A stretch of DNA of 64,000 bases from the human T2T-CHM13v2.0 reference genome, Homo sapiens. The stretch spans positions 7,424,001 through 7,488,000 of the forward strand of contig CP068257.2 in NCBI GenBank assembly GCA_009914755.4, given 5' to 3'. Below, piece after piece: positions 29,602 through 42,239 of the stretch. The position numbers and the translations under genes were made by a program. Within the stretch, counting starts at the first letter, position 1. Every line of letters starts with the position of its first letter. The notes beneath the pieces are model-generated. The model was not told the origin of the DNA. It did no database searches and saw nothing but the letters and a program-made list of their open reading frames with translations.

Positions 29602-29940
29602 GCCGGGCGTGCTGCTGGAGGCTGTGCAGGGCACAGTGCTGGGCGTGGTGCAGGGCACGGTGGCTCACACGTGTAAAAATCCCAGCACTTTGCAAGGCCG
29701 AGGTGGGTGAATTGCTTGAACTCAGAAGTTTGAAAGCATCCTGGGCAACATGGTAAAACCCTGTCTCTACAAAAATACAAAAATTAGCCAGCATGATGGT
29801 GCGTGCCTATGGTCCCAACTACTTCGGAGGCTGAGGTAGGAGGATGGCTTGAGTTTGGGAGGGAGAAATTGTGGTGAGCCAAGATCATGCCACTGCACTC
29901 CATCCTGAGTGATAGAACCAGACCATGTCTCAAAAAAAAA
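29602..29940 (+). mobile_element. Alu SINE with a 5' internal duplication
   Basis: Alu consensus. The first roughly 40 bp (ggccgggcgtgctgctggaggctgtgcagggcacagtgctgggcgtggtgcagggcacggtggctcac) are partly duplicated. Confidence 0.9.
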
Positions 29941-30987
29941 AGCCTTTACAATCAGCTATCATCTAAATTACTTTTAATGGAAAGGACTCTGACAAGTTCT
30001 CTTAAATATGGTTTCAGATAACTTTGGGGATCATACCATTGGACTAGGAAAATCTTCCAGGACTCTAAAAAGCTGAATGAGGATTTCCAATTGAAATCAA
30101 GCAAAACACAAAAAACTGAATGAGAATTGCTATTTGAAATCAAGCAGAACAAGATTTAGTTACATTGGACTGAACTTATAAAAGAAGGAAAAGATTTTAT
30201 TCATGGCCCTTCCATTGGAAACATTGTTGATTCTCTTTATGTTTTGTTTTCCAAAGTCAAGAATTTTTTTTCTTTTCAGCTATTTTTAACTTGCCCTACG
30301 TTAGAAAAACTACATTGTGAACAAAAATTTGAGCGATTTATCTGTCTCTCTCACTGATTTCTCCAGAATTCAGAAGCCATTCGTGAGCATTCCTAAATTA
30401 TGGCAATATAATTATTTGCATAATTTCAATAAGAATCTGTTTTTGGTAACAGGATTCAATTGGAGACACTGTTTGTTTTATCAAGGCTTTAACTCGAACG
30501 GCAGATACAACCAGACCACTTTAAGGAATTGAGCTTGACTTTATAGCACCAATGCAAAGCCCCTTAGAATGACTGGCTTGGTGTCTTGTCTACAAGGGTC
30601 CTTTACAAAGTTGCTGTCCTTGTGGTAAGAAGTAAAGAATGTCATTTTCTGACGGGCCCAGGAACCTCAAGTTATTTGGGGACCTTGAGAAGATAGGACT
30701 ACACCCATTCATAAAAGTATTACAGGAGAGCTGGCAAGATGTCTGAATAGGAACAGCTCCGGTCTGCAGCACCCAGTGGGATCAACACAGAAGGCAGGTG
30801 GTTCATGCATTTCCAACTGAGCCTCCACTGGTGATACCCAGGCAAACAGGGTCTGGAGTGGACCTCCAGCAAACTCGAGCAAACCTGCAGCAGAGGGACC
30901 TGACTGGTAGAAGGAAAACTAACAAACATAAAGGAATAGTATCAACATCACCAACATCAAAGTCCAAAGGTAGATAAATCCACAAAG

Positions 30988-32000
30988 ATGGGGAGAAACC
31001 AGTGCAAAAAGGCTGAAAACTCCAAAAACCAGAATGCCTCTTCTCCTCCAGAAGATCACAACTCCCCACAAGCAAGAGAACAAAACTGGACAGACAATGA
31101 GTTTGATGGATTGACAGAAGTAGGCTTCAGAAGGCGGGTAATAACAAACTCCTCCAAGTTAAAGGAGCGTGTTCTAACCCAATGCAAGGAAGCTAAGAGC
31201 CTGAAAAAAAAGGTAGGACGAATTGTTAACTAGAATAACCAGTTTAGAGAAGAATATAAATGACCTGATGGAGCTGAAAAACCCAGCACAAGAACTTCAT
31301 GAAGCATACACAAGTATCAATAGCTGAATCAATCAAGCAGGAGAAAGAATATCAGAGATTGAAGATCAACTCAATGAAATAAAGCAAGAAGAAAAGATTC
31401 GAGAAAAAAGAGTGAAAGAAATGAACAAAGCCTCCAAGAAATAGAGGAATATGTTAAAACACTGAATCTATGTTTGATTCGTGTACATGAAAGTGACAGA
31501 GAGAATGGAACCAAGTTGGAAAACACTCTCAAGGATATTATCCAGGAGAACTTCCCCAACCTAGCAAGACAGGCCAACATTCAAATTCAGGAAATACAGA
31601 GAACACCACTAAGATATTCCTCAAGAAGAGCAACCCCAAGACACAAAATCATCAGATTCACCAAGGTTGAAATGAAGGAAAAAATATAAAGGGCAGCCAG
31701 AGAGAAAGGTTGAGTTACCCACAAAGGGAAGCCCATCAGACTAACAGTGGATCTCTTGGCAGAAAGCCTACAAGCCAGAAGAGAGTGGGGGCCAATATAC
31801 AACATTCCTAAAGAAAAGAATTTTCAAGCCAGAATTTCATATCCAGGCAAACTAAGCTTCATAATTGAAGTAGAAATAAAATCCTTTACAAGCAAATGCT
31901 GAGAGATATTGTCACCACCAGGCCTGCCTTACAAGAACTCCTGAAGGAAGCACTAAACGTGGAAAGGAACAGCTGGTAACAGCCACTGCAAAAACATAAC
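30988..32000 (+). pseudogene. L1 ORF1 (disrupted)
   Basis: The ORF1p N-terminus is recognisable. The first in-frame stop is after codon 81 (31231-31233). Homology continues in shifted frames. Confidence 0.85.
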
Positions 32001-32072
32001 AAATTATAAAGACCATTGACACTATGAAAAATCTGCATCAACTAATGAGCAAAATAACCAGCTAGTATCATA

Positions 32073-35000
32073 ATGACAGGATCAAATTCATACATAACAA
32101 TATTAACCTTAAATGTAAATGAGCTAAATGCCCCCAATTGAAAGACACAAACTGGCAAATTGGATAAAGAGTCAAGACCCATCAATGTGCTGTACTCAGG
32201 AGACCAATCTCATACACATAGGCTCAAAATAAAGGGATGGAGGAACATTTACCAAGCAAGTGGAAAGCAACAAAAGGCAGGGGTTGCAATCCTAGTTTCT
32301 GATAAAACAGATCTTAAGCCAACAGAGATCAAAAGAGACAAAGAAGGGCACTACATAATGGTAAAGGGATCAATGCAACAAGAAGAGCTAACTATCCTAG
32401 AGATATATGCACCCAATACAGGAGCACTCAGATTCATAAAGCAAGTTCTTAAAGACCTACAAAGAGACTTAGACTCCCACACAATAATAGTGGGAGACTT
32501 TAACACTCCACTGTCAATATTAGATCAATGAGACAGAAAATTAACAAGAATATCCAGGACTTGAACTCAGTTCTGGACCAAGTGGACCTAAAAGATATCT
32601 ACAGAACTCTCCACCCCAAATCAATAGAATATACCTTCTTCTCAGCACCACATTGCACTTATTCTAAAATTGACCACATAATTGGAAGTAAAACTCTCCT
32701 CAGGAAATGCAAAAGAATGGAAATCATAACAAACAGTCTCTCAGACCACAATGCCTTCAAATTAGTATGCAGGATTAAGAAACTCACTCAAAACCTCACA
32801 ACTACATGGAAACTGGGTAACCTGAACCTGAATGACTACTGGGTAAATAAAGAATTGAAGGCAGAAATAAAAATGTTCTTCGAAACCAATGAGAACAAAG
32901 ACACAACGTCCCAGAATCTCTGGGACACATTTAAAGCAGTGTGTAGAGGGAAATTTATAGCACTAAATGTCCACAAGAGAAAGCAGGAAAGATCTAAAAT
33001 TGACACCTTAACATGAAAATTAAAAGAACTAGAGAAACAAGAACAAACAAATTCAAAAGCTAGCAGAAGACAAGACACAAATAAGATCAGAGCAGAATTG
33101 AAGGAGATAGAGACACGAAAAACCCTTCAAAAAATCAATGAATCCAGGAGCTGGTTTTTTGAAAAGATCAACAAATCAGACCACTAGCCAGACTAATAAA
33201 GAAGAAAAGAGAGAAGAATCAAATAGATGCAATAAAACATGATTAAGGGGATATCACCACTGATCCCACAGAAATACATATTATCATCAGAGAATACTAC
33301 CAAGACTAAACCAGGAAGAAGTGAAATTCCTGAATAGACCAATAACAAGTTCTGAAATTGAGGCATTAATTATAGCCTACCAACCAAAAAAATTCCAGGA
33401 CCAGATGGATTCACAGCCGAATTCTACTAGAGGTACAAAGAGGAGCTGGTACCATTCCTTCTGAAACTATTCCAAACAATAGAAAAAGAGAGAATCCTCC
33501 CTAATTCATTTTATGAGGTCAGCATCACCTTGATACCAAAACCTCGCAGGGACACAACCAAAAAAGAAAACTTTAGACCAATATCCCTGATGAACATTGA
33601 TGCAGAAATCCTGAATAAAATACTGGAAAACTGAATCCAGCAGCACATCAAAAAGCTTGTCCACCATGATCAAGTCGGCTTCACCCCTGGGATGCAAGGG
33701 TGGTTCAACATATGCAAATCAATAAATGTAATCCATCACATAAAGGGAACCAATGACAAAAACTGCATGATTATCTCAATAGATGCAGAAAGAGCCTTTG
33801 ACAAAATTCAACAACCTTTCATGCTAAAAACTCTCAATAAACTGGTATTGATGGAAAGTATCTCAAAATAATAAGTGCTATTTATGACAAACCCACAGCC
33901 AGTAACATACTGAATGTGCAAAAACTGGAAGCATTCCCTTTGAAAATCAGCACAAGACAAGGATACCCTCTCTCACTACTCCTATTCAACATAGTATTGG
34001 AAGTTCTGGCCAGGGCAATCAGGCAAGAGAAAGAAATAAAGGGTATTCAATTAGGAAAAGAGGAAGTCAAATGGTCTCTGTTTGCAGATGACATGATTGT
34101 ATATTTAGAAAACCCCATCATCTCAGCCCAAAATCTCCTTAAGCTGATAAGCAACTTCAGCAGTTTCAGGATACAAAATCAATGTGCAAAAATCACAAGC
34201 ATTCCTATACATCAATAACAGACAAACAGAGAGCCAAGCTGTGAGTGAACTCCCATTCACCATTGCTATAAAAAGAATGAGATACCTAGGAATACAACTT
34301 ACAAGGATGTGAAGGACCTCTTCAAGGAGAACTACAAACCACTCCTCAAGGAAATAAGAGAGGACACAAACAAATGGAAAATCATTCCATGCTCATAGAT
34401 AAGAAGAATCAGTATCGTGAAAGTGACCTACTGCCCAAAGTAATTTATAGATTCACTGCTATCCCCATGAAACTGCCATTGACTTTCTCCACGGAATTGG
34501 AAAAATGTACTTTAAATTTCATATGGAATCAAAAAAGAGCCCGAATAGCCAAGACAATCCTAACCAAAAAGAACAAAGCTGGAAGCATCATGCCACCTGA
34601 CTTCAAACTATACTACAAGCTATGGTAACCAAAACAGCATGGTACTGGTACGAAAACAGATATATAGATCAAAGGAACAGAACAGAGGCCTCAGAAATAG
34701 CACCACACATCTACAACCATCTGATCTTTGACAAACCTGAGAAAAACGAGCACTGGGGAAAGGATTCCCTATTTAATAAATGGTGTTGGGAAAACTGGCT
34801 AGCCATAGGAAGAAAGCTGAAACTGGATCCCTTCCTTACACCTTATACAAAAATTAACTCAAGATGGGTTAAAGACTTAAACATAAGACCTAAAGCCATA
34901 AAAACCGTAGAGGAAAACCTAGGCAATACCATTCAGGACATAGGCATGGGCAAAGACTTCATGACTAAAACACCAAAAACAAAGGCAACAAAAGCCAAAA

Positions 35001-35795
35001 TTGACAAATGGGACCTAATTAAACTAAAGAGTTTCTGGACAGCAAAAGAAACTATCAGAGTGAACGGGCAACCTACAAAATGGGAGAAAATTTTTGCAGT
35101 CTATCCATCTGACAAAGGGCTAATATCCAGAATCTACAAAGAACTTAAACAAATTTGCAAGATAAAACAACCCCATTGAAAAGTGGGCAAAGGATGTGAA
35201 CAGACACTTCTCAAAAGAGGACAATTATGCAACCAACAAACTTATAAAAAAGCTCATCATCACTAGTCATTAGAGAAATGCAAATCAAAACCACAATGAG
35301 ATACCATCTCATGCCAGTTAGAATGGCGAAAATTAAAAAGTCAGGAAACAACAAATACTTGAGAGAGTGTGGAGAAATAGGAAGGCTTTTACACTGTTGG
35401 TGGGAGTGTAAATTAGTTCAACCATTGTGGAAGACAGTGTGGCTATTCCTCAAGGATCTAGAACTAGAAATACCGTTTGGCCCAGCAATCCCATTACTGG
35501 GTATATACCCAAAGGATTATAAATCATTCTACTATAAAGACACATGCACATGTATGTTTATTGCAGGACTGTTCACAATAACAAAGACTTGAAACCAACC
35601 CAAATGCCCATCAATGATAGATTGAATAAAGAAAATGTGGCACATATACACCATGGAATACTATGCAGCCATAAAAAACGATGAGTTCATGTCCTTTGCA
35701 GGGACATGGAAGAAGCTGGAAACCATCATTCTCAGCAAACTAACACAAGAACAGAAAACCAAACACCACATGTTCTCACTCATAAGTGGGAGTTG
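32073..35795 (+). pseudogene. L1 ORF2 (endonuclease and reverse transcriptase), disrupted
   Basis: Begins MTGSNSHITILTLNVNELNAP*. The track ORFs at 32160-32531, 32528-33016, 33916-34218, 34622-35179 and 35278-35592 are all ORF2 pieces ([31 protein letters not shown]...). It ends near the tga at 35793. Confidence 0.9.
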
Positions 35796-36599
35796 AACAA
35801 TGAGAACACATGGACACAGGGAGGGGAACATCACACACTGGGGCCTGTTGGGGGGTGGGGGCAGGGAGAGGGATAGCATTAGGAGAAATGCCTAATATAG
35901 GTGATGGGTTGATGGGTGCAGCAAACCACTGCAGAATATATATACCTATGTAACAAACCTGCACGTTCTGCACATGTACCCCAGAACTTAAAGTATAATT
36001 TTAAAAAGTAGGTTAAAAAATTATTACAGACACAGTCTGATGCAAATCTTTGACTTGGCTAGCTTCAAGGCTCTTAAAAGATTCCTTATTAAAAATTTCC
36101 AACAAGGCCAATTTTAAGAAGCCTATATGGCCAATAAATATTCTTGCTGCCCTTTATGGAAATAATCAGGCCCGGTATGATAAGACTAAAACTTATTTTG
36201 CATACAAAATTGGTCCTACTATGATTTGTCTTTGATAAAATGATGGACTAGAGAGAAAATTTATGTTCCAAAAGAAAACTATGACATATGCTATTAGATT
36301 CCAACCCTGATCATTGTTTTAGAGTTTTTATTATTTGCCTATAATTTGGGCTGAATCCTGAATTATTTCCTGGCTCCAAGTGTTCCCTAGTGAATCTGAA
36401 TATAATATATTTTTTAAAACTTGTTTTATCCTGTCAGGAATGAGATGTATTTTTGAAGGACTACTTAAACTAGCAATTACAATTCGATTATTATGATTAT
36501 AGAATCTCGGGATTTCTCTTCCTTCTTGTCAAGGTCTTTACCTGATGTTTGTCTCATTAAAAAAAAAATGAGACTGATTACACTCTACTCAAGACTGAA

Positions 36600-37100
36600 G
36601 ACATGTACTTTAACCTGTCTCTGTTACCAGTAAACCAAAGCCTTAACTTTCAGAGTCTGTCAGGGACCCTGTGTGGTCCCTGGATCAACCACCCATGGGC
36701 TTATGAATGTGTTGACCGCTGGCATATGAGAAGTAATTGTCTATTAGTTTATGTGACTTTTCCTCTTTCTATTTATAACTCCAATGTTTCTGAACACTGA
36801 AGTAGTTCATCGAAATTACTTGACAGGATTAGACAAACCATACCTGCAAACCAAGGAGGTGAATTTTGGCCAATGTTTGGCAGAAGTCACTTGCAATGGT
36901 GGGGAGTAACCTCTCATGAACGTATAATTAGAAATCTGTCAACCACTCTAGGTAAATTAGCGAATGAACTAGCTGAAGCCATAGCTACCAAACAAAGATC
37001 TTTAGACGCTTTAGCCAGGATAGTCATCGATGACGGAATAACTTTAGGCTGCATAGTGGTGAAACAGGGAGAAACTTATATGGCAGCTAGCTAACACATC
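36600..37100 (+). other. Possible relic of a retroviral env TM region
   Basis: The ORF at 36873-37094 contains ...LANELAEAIATKQRSLDALARIVIDDGITLGC..., loosely resembling the immunosuppressive-domain pattern (R.LD.L...GG.C) of ERV TM proteins. This is a weak match. Confidence 0.2.
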
Positions 37101-37169
37101 ATGTTGTGTTTAGATCCATACATCTTCTGAAGTTGAAACACATGTAAAAAAATAAGACGATATGAGAAT

Positions 37170-37795
37170 TAATTATGACAAATCCTAGGGAAGAGGCTGA
37201 AAGAGCTGTAACACAAACAGGGCTGAGTCATGCCCCTTGCTTCCCACATTGTGGGCAAAGAGAAGGAAACAAGAGCTGTGACCCTTTGGGAAGCCCAGAC
37301 CTGGGAGCTCCCCGAGCCAGGGCTGTGATTCCCTCTTTGGGGCCCTGTGGTTCCTGGTATCTCCAAGCTTCCGGGTGCCACTGTGTTCCCAGTGTGCCAG
37401 CTGCGGAAGCTGCTTGCGGTGCCCGTGGTCCAGCCACAGACTTGTGGAGAGCTGGCACCCATGTTGGCACCTGGAGCTACCTGCCCCACTGCAGCAGCCA
37501 GGAAGTCTGACTGCACAGTGGCCAGACCCCATGCTTGCTCACACACCCCTTGCCACTCCACGCAGTCTCCCTTGGCAAACATGGGATCCAACCTGGTAGC
37601 ATGAGCTGAGCACAGCCTGCCAGGCTGAGTGGGCGGGGCCCAAGCAAAACTCAGGTAAAGGTGCCACCAGCCATAGAGGTTTCTGTCCAGAAAAGTGACA
37701 CTCCAAAGATCCCGTAACACCGCTACTCTTCCCAGCCTCTGGAAACTCTCAGTCTACTCTCCATCTTGATGAGTTCAATTGTTTTAATTTTTAGC
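37170..37795 (-). repeat. Unclassified GC-rich interspersed repeat, copy 1 (minus orientation relative to copy 2)
   Basis: Looks fairly similar by eye to the reverse complement of 53800-54500 over about 600 bp. The shared blocks are gaaacctct.ggctggtgg, gggtgtgtgagcaagc..catggg.tctggccactg and cagccctggct.ggggagctcc.aggtctg. It abuts a minus-strand L1 at 37796. Confidence 0.7.
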
Positions 37796-38384
37796 TCCCA
37801 CAAATGTGTGAGAACATACAAAGTCTTTCTGTGCCTGGCTCATTGTACTTAACATAATGTTCCCTAGTTCCATCCACGTTGTTGCAAGTGACAGAATCTT
37901 ATTCTTTTTCATGGCTGAAGAGTACTCCATTGTGTACATGTACTACATTTTCTTTATCCCTTCATCTGTTGATGCACACTTAGGTTGCTTCCAAATCTTG
38001 GCTATTATGAATAGTGCTGAAATAAATATGGGAATGCAGATATCTCGTTCATATACTAATTTTCCCTCCCTTGGGTATATACCCAGCAGTGGGATTGCTG
38101 TATCATATGATAGTTCTATTTTTAATTTTTTGAGGGACCTCCATATTGTTCTCCATAGTGAATGTACTAATTTACATTCCCACCAACAGAGTAAGAGGGT
38201 TCTCTTTTCCCTACATTCTTGCAAGCATTTGTTATTGCCTGTCTTTTGCATAAAAGCCATTTTAATGGGGGTAAGATGATATCTTATTGTAGTTTTGATT
38301 TGAATTTCTCTGATGATCAGTGATATTGAGCATCTTTTCATATACCTATTTGACATTTATATATCTTCTTTTTTGTTTTTGCTC

Positions 38385-38658
38385 ATTTTTTGAGACAGTG
38401 TCTCACTCTGTCACCCAGGCTGGAGTGCAGTGGTATAATGATGGCTTACTGTAGTTATGACTACCAGGGTTCAAGCAATCCTCCCACCTCAGCCTCCTGA
38501 GTAGCTGGGACCACAGGCATGCATCACCATGCCCAGGTAGGTTTTAAAATTATTTGCTATGTTTTTCAGGTTGGTCTTGAACTCCTGGGCTCAAGTGGTC
38601 CAACTGTCTTGGCTCCCCAAAATGCTGGAATTACAGGTGTGAGCCACTGCACCTGACC
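38385..38658 (-). mobile_element. Alu SINE, minus orientation, nested in L1
   Basis: Reverse-complement Alu consensus. Confidence 0.9.
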
Positions 38659-39085
38659 TGCATGCCTTCTTTTGAGAAATGTCTGTTCAGATTTTTTGCC
38701 CATTTAAATAATTGGATTATTAGTTTTTTTCTTATAGAGTTGTTTGAACTCCTTATATATTCTGGTTATTAATCCCTTGTCAGATATATAGTTTGCAAAT
38801 ATTTTCTTCCATTCTGTGGATTGTCTTTTCACTTTGTCCATTGTTTTCTTTACTATGCAGAAACTTTTGAACTTCATGTGATACCATTTGTTCATTTTTG
38901 CTTTGGTTGCCTGAGCTTTTGGAGTAATTACTCAAGAAATCTGTGCCCAGACCAATTTCCTGGAGAGTTTCCCTAATGTTTTCTTTCAGTAGTTTCTTGT
39001 CCTTGATTTAAGTCTTTAACCCATTTGGATTGGATTTTTGTATATAGCACAAGAGAGAGTTCTAGTTTAATTATTCTGCCAATGA

Positions 39086-39342
39086 CTTTGGGAGGCTGAG
39101 TTGGGCAGATCATGAGGGCAGGATATCAAGAACATCCTGGCTAACACGGTGAAACTCCGTCTCTACTAAAAATACAAAAAAAAATAGCTGGGCATGGTGG
39201 GGGCACTTGTACTCCCAGCTACTTGGGAGGCTGAGGAGGAGAATGGTGTGAACCCGGGAGGTGGAACTTGCAGTGAGCCCCGATCGTGCCACTGCACTGC
39301 AGCCAGAGCAACAGAGTTAGACTCCATCTCAAAAAAAAAAAA
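39086..39342 (+). mobile_element. Alu SINE, 5'-truncated, nested in L1, with target-site duplication
   Basis: Alu from ctttgggaggctgag to poly-A. The flanking direct repeats are aattctgccaatga. Confidence 0.9.
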
Positions 39343-40622
39343 TTCTGCCAATGAATATCTAGTTTTCCCAGCACAATTTGGTGAAGAGACTGTCCTCTCC
39401 CCCATGTATATTCTTGGCACCTTCATTGAAAATGAGTTAGTTGTAAATGTAAGGATTTATTTCTGGGTTCTCTATTCTGTTCCATTGGTCTATGTGTCTG
39501 TTTTATGCCAGTATCATGCTGTTTAGCTTACAATTGCTCTGTAGTATAATTTAACGTCAGGTGATGTGATTCTTCCAGTTTTGTTCTTTTTGCTATGGAT
39601 GGCTTTGGGTATTCTGGGTCTTTTATGATTTCATATAAATTTTAGGATTTTTTTTCTGTTTCTGTGAAGAATGTTATTAGTATTTCAATAGGGATTGCAT
39701 TGGGTCTGTAGATTGCTTTGTGAAGTATGTGTATTTTAACAATATTTACTCTTCCAATCAATGAACATGGACTATCTTTCAATTTTTTTTTTTTTGGTGT
39801 CTTCTTTAATTTTTTTGCATTGGTGTTCTATAGTTTTCATCGTAGAGATCTTTCACTTCTTTTGTTACATTTATTCCTAGATATTTTATTTTATTTGTAG
39901 CTATTGTAAATGGGATTACGTTCTTGATTTTCTTCTTTAGATTGTTCAGTTTTGGCATTTAGAAATGTTACTGATTTTTGCATTTTGATTTTGTATCGTG
40001 TGACTCTGAATTTGTTGATCAGTTCTGATAGTTTTTTGGTGGAGTTCTTAGGTTTTTCCAAATATAAGATCAAATCACCTGCAAACAAGAAAACAATAAT
40101 AATTTTACTTCTTTCAATTTGGATGCCCTTTACCGTTTTTCAATTTTCTTGATTGCTCTAGCTAGGACTTCCAGTACTATGTTGAGTAACATTGTTGGAA
40201 GTGGACATTCTTGCCTTGTTCCAGATCTTAGAAGAAAGGCTTTCAGGTTATCTCTGTTCAGAATGATACTGGCTGAGGGTTTGTTGCATATGGTTTTTAT
40301 TGTGTTGTGGTATGTTCCTTCTAAATCTAGTTTTTTTGGGGGTTTCTTTTTATCACAGGGAAGTTGGATTTTATTAAATGCTTTTCAGCATCAATTGAAA
40401 TTACCATATGTTTTTTGTCCTTCATTCTGTTGATATGATGTGTCACATTGATTGATTTGCATATGTTGAACCATGTTGGCATCCTTGGGATGAATCCCAC
40501 TTAGACACGATGAATGGTCTTTTTCATAGAATGATTTTGGAAATATTACAGACTTCTCTGTTTTTTGGAATAGTTTGAGTAGGATTGATAGTAATTCTTC
40601 CTTCAGTGTTTGGTAAAATTAA

Positions 40623-41034
<412 letters not shown>

Positions 41035-41457
41035 ATTACTTGCAGGCTTTTCAATTTATTGGAATATAGTTGGTCATAATAGTTTCTAATGATTACTTGA
41101 ATTTCTGCAGTATCAGTTGCAGTGTCTCCTTTTTAATCTCTGGTTTTATGTATTTGAGTCTTCTCTCTTTTCTCTTAGTCTGGCTAAATGTTTGTTGATT
41201 TTGTTGATCTTTTAAAAAAATATTAACTTTTCATTTCATTGATATTTTATATTTTTAAATTTCAATTTCATTTATTTCTGCTCTGATCGTTGTTATGTTT
41301 CCTTCTACTAATTTTGGTTTTGGTTTGCTCTTGCTTTTCTAACTATTTAAGATGCATTATTAGGTTGTTTATTTGAAGTTTTTCTACTTTCTTTGATGTA
41401 GGTGCTTTTTGCTATAAACTTACTCCTTAGTACTGTTTTTACTGTATCCCATAGGTT

Positions 41458-41772
41458 TGTTTTTTGTTTTTTTGTTTTTGTTTATTTTTGGAGACAGACT
41501 CTCTCTCTGTTGCCCAGGCTGGAGTGCAGTGGTGCAATCTTGGCTTACTACAAGCTCTGCCTTCTGGGTTCATGCCATTCTCCTGCCTCAGCCGAGTAGC
41601 TGGGACTACAGGTGCCCACCACCATGCCCAGCTAATTTTTGGTTTTTGTATTTTTAGTAGAGACGGGGTTTCACCGTGTTAGCCAGGATGGTCTCGATCT
41701 CCTGACCTTGTGATCCACCCAACTCGGCCTCCCAAAGTGCTGGGATTACAGGCATGAGCCACGGCGCCTGGC
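41458..41772 (-). mobile_element. Alu SINE, minus orientation, with target-site duplication
   Basis: Reverse-complement Alu. The flanks are gtatcccataggtttg / gtatccaataggttttg. Confidence 0.95.
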
Positions 41773-41879
41773 CTGTATCCAATAGGTTTTGTTTTGACTT
41801 TAAAGTTTTTCTCTTCTCAAAAACTCAGTGTCATGTTACTGGCTTCTAGAGCTTTGGGCAGTGAGACCCTTTTACGTGA

Positions 41880-42230
41880 TAACAGTGGTAGCTGGGACAA
41901 CTTGGCAATGTAAATAAATAAACGGCATCTAGATTGGAAAGGAAGAAGTACAGTTATCTTTATGTACAGATGACATGATCTTGCATTTAGAAAATCATAA
42001 GAAATTTACTAAAAAGTGTTAGGACTCATGAACAAATTTTGGAATGTAACACTATATAAGATTGGTATACAAAAATAACTGTATTTCTTTACCAAGAAAT
42101 CAAGAATCCAAAAATGGGATTACAAAAATAAATCTTGTTACAATATAATTAAAGCTGGGGTAACTTTAACATAAGAAGCTTAAACTTGAACACTAAAAAC
42201 TACAATGCATGGTTAGTGTTGGAAACACCC
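41880..42230 (+). mobile_element. L1 ORF2 (RT region) fragment in plus orientation, directly adjoining the minus-strand L1
   Basis: Translation gives the L1 RT motif region ([27 protein letters not shown]..., compare FADDMILY.ENP). Confidence 0.7.
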
Positions 42231-42239
42231 AGGTACCAT

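Larger units (their letters stand above)
30725..36015 (+). mobile_element. L1 LINE (L1PA-type) of about 5.3 kb with canonical 5' terminus, short 5' UTR, disrupted ORF1 and ORF2, and 3' UTR
   Basis: Starts ggagagctggcaagatgtctgaataggaacagctccggtct, the L1 5' terminal motif. The ORF1 ATG is at 30988 (MGRNQCKKAENSKNQNASSPPEDHNSPQAREQNWTDNEFDGL). The ORF2 ATG is at 32073 (EN and RT motifs present, many stops). It ends with ...cagaacttaaagtataattttaaaaagtaggttaaaaaa. The flanks look like a target-site duplication (aaagtattacag / aaaattattacag). Confidence 0.95.

Noticed and set aside
32160-35592. Track ORFs of 104-185 codons (32160-32531, 32528-33016, 33916-34218, 34622-35179, 35278-35592).
   Set aside because: These are pieces of one disrupted L1 ORF2 (EN and RT), not independent genes.
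37169-37720. Overlapping ORFs of 100-183 codons on both strands (37169-37720 minus, 37175-37510 plus, 37185-37532 minus, 37347-37604 plus).
   Set aside because: Several long ORFs in different frames and strands over the same GC-rich, AT-poor DNA come from stop-codon scarcity, not coding. The segment is a diverged interspersed repeat with a paralog at 53.8-54.5 kb that has similar pseudo-ORFs.
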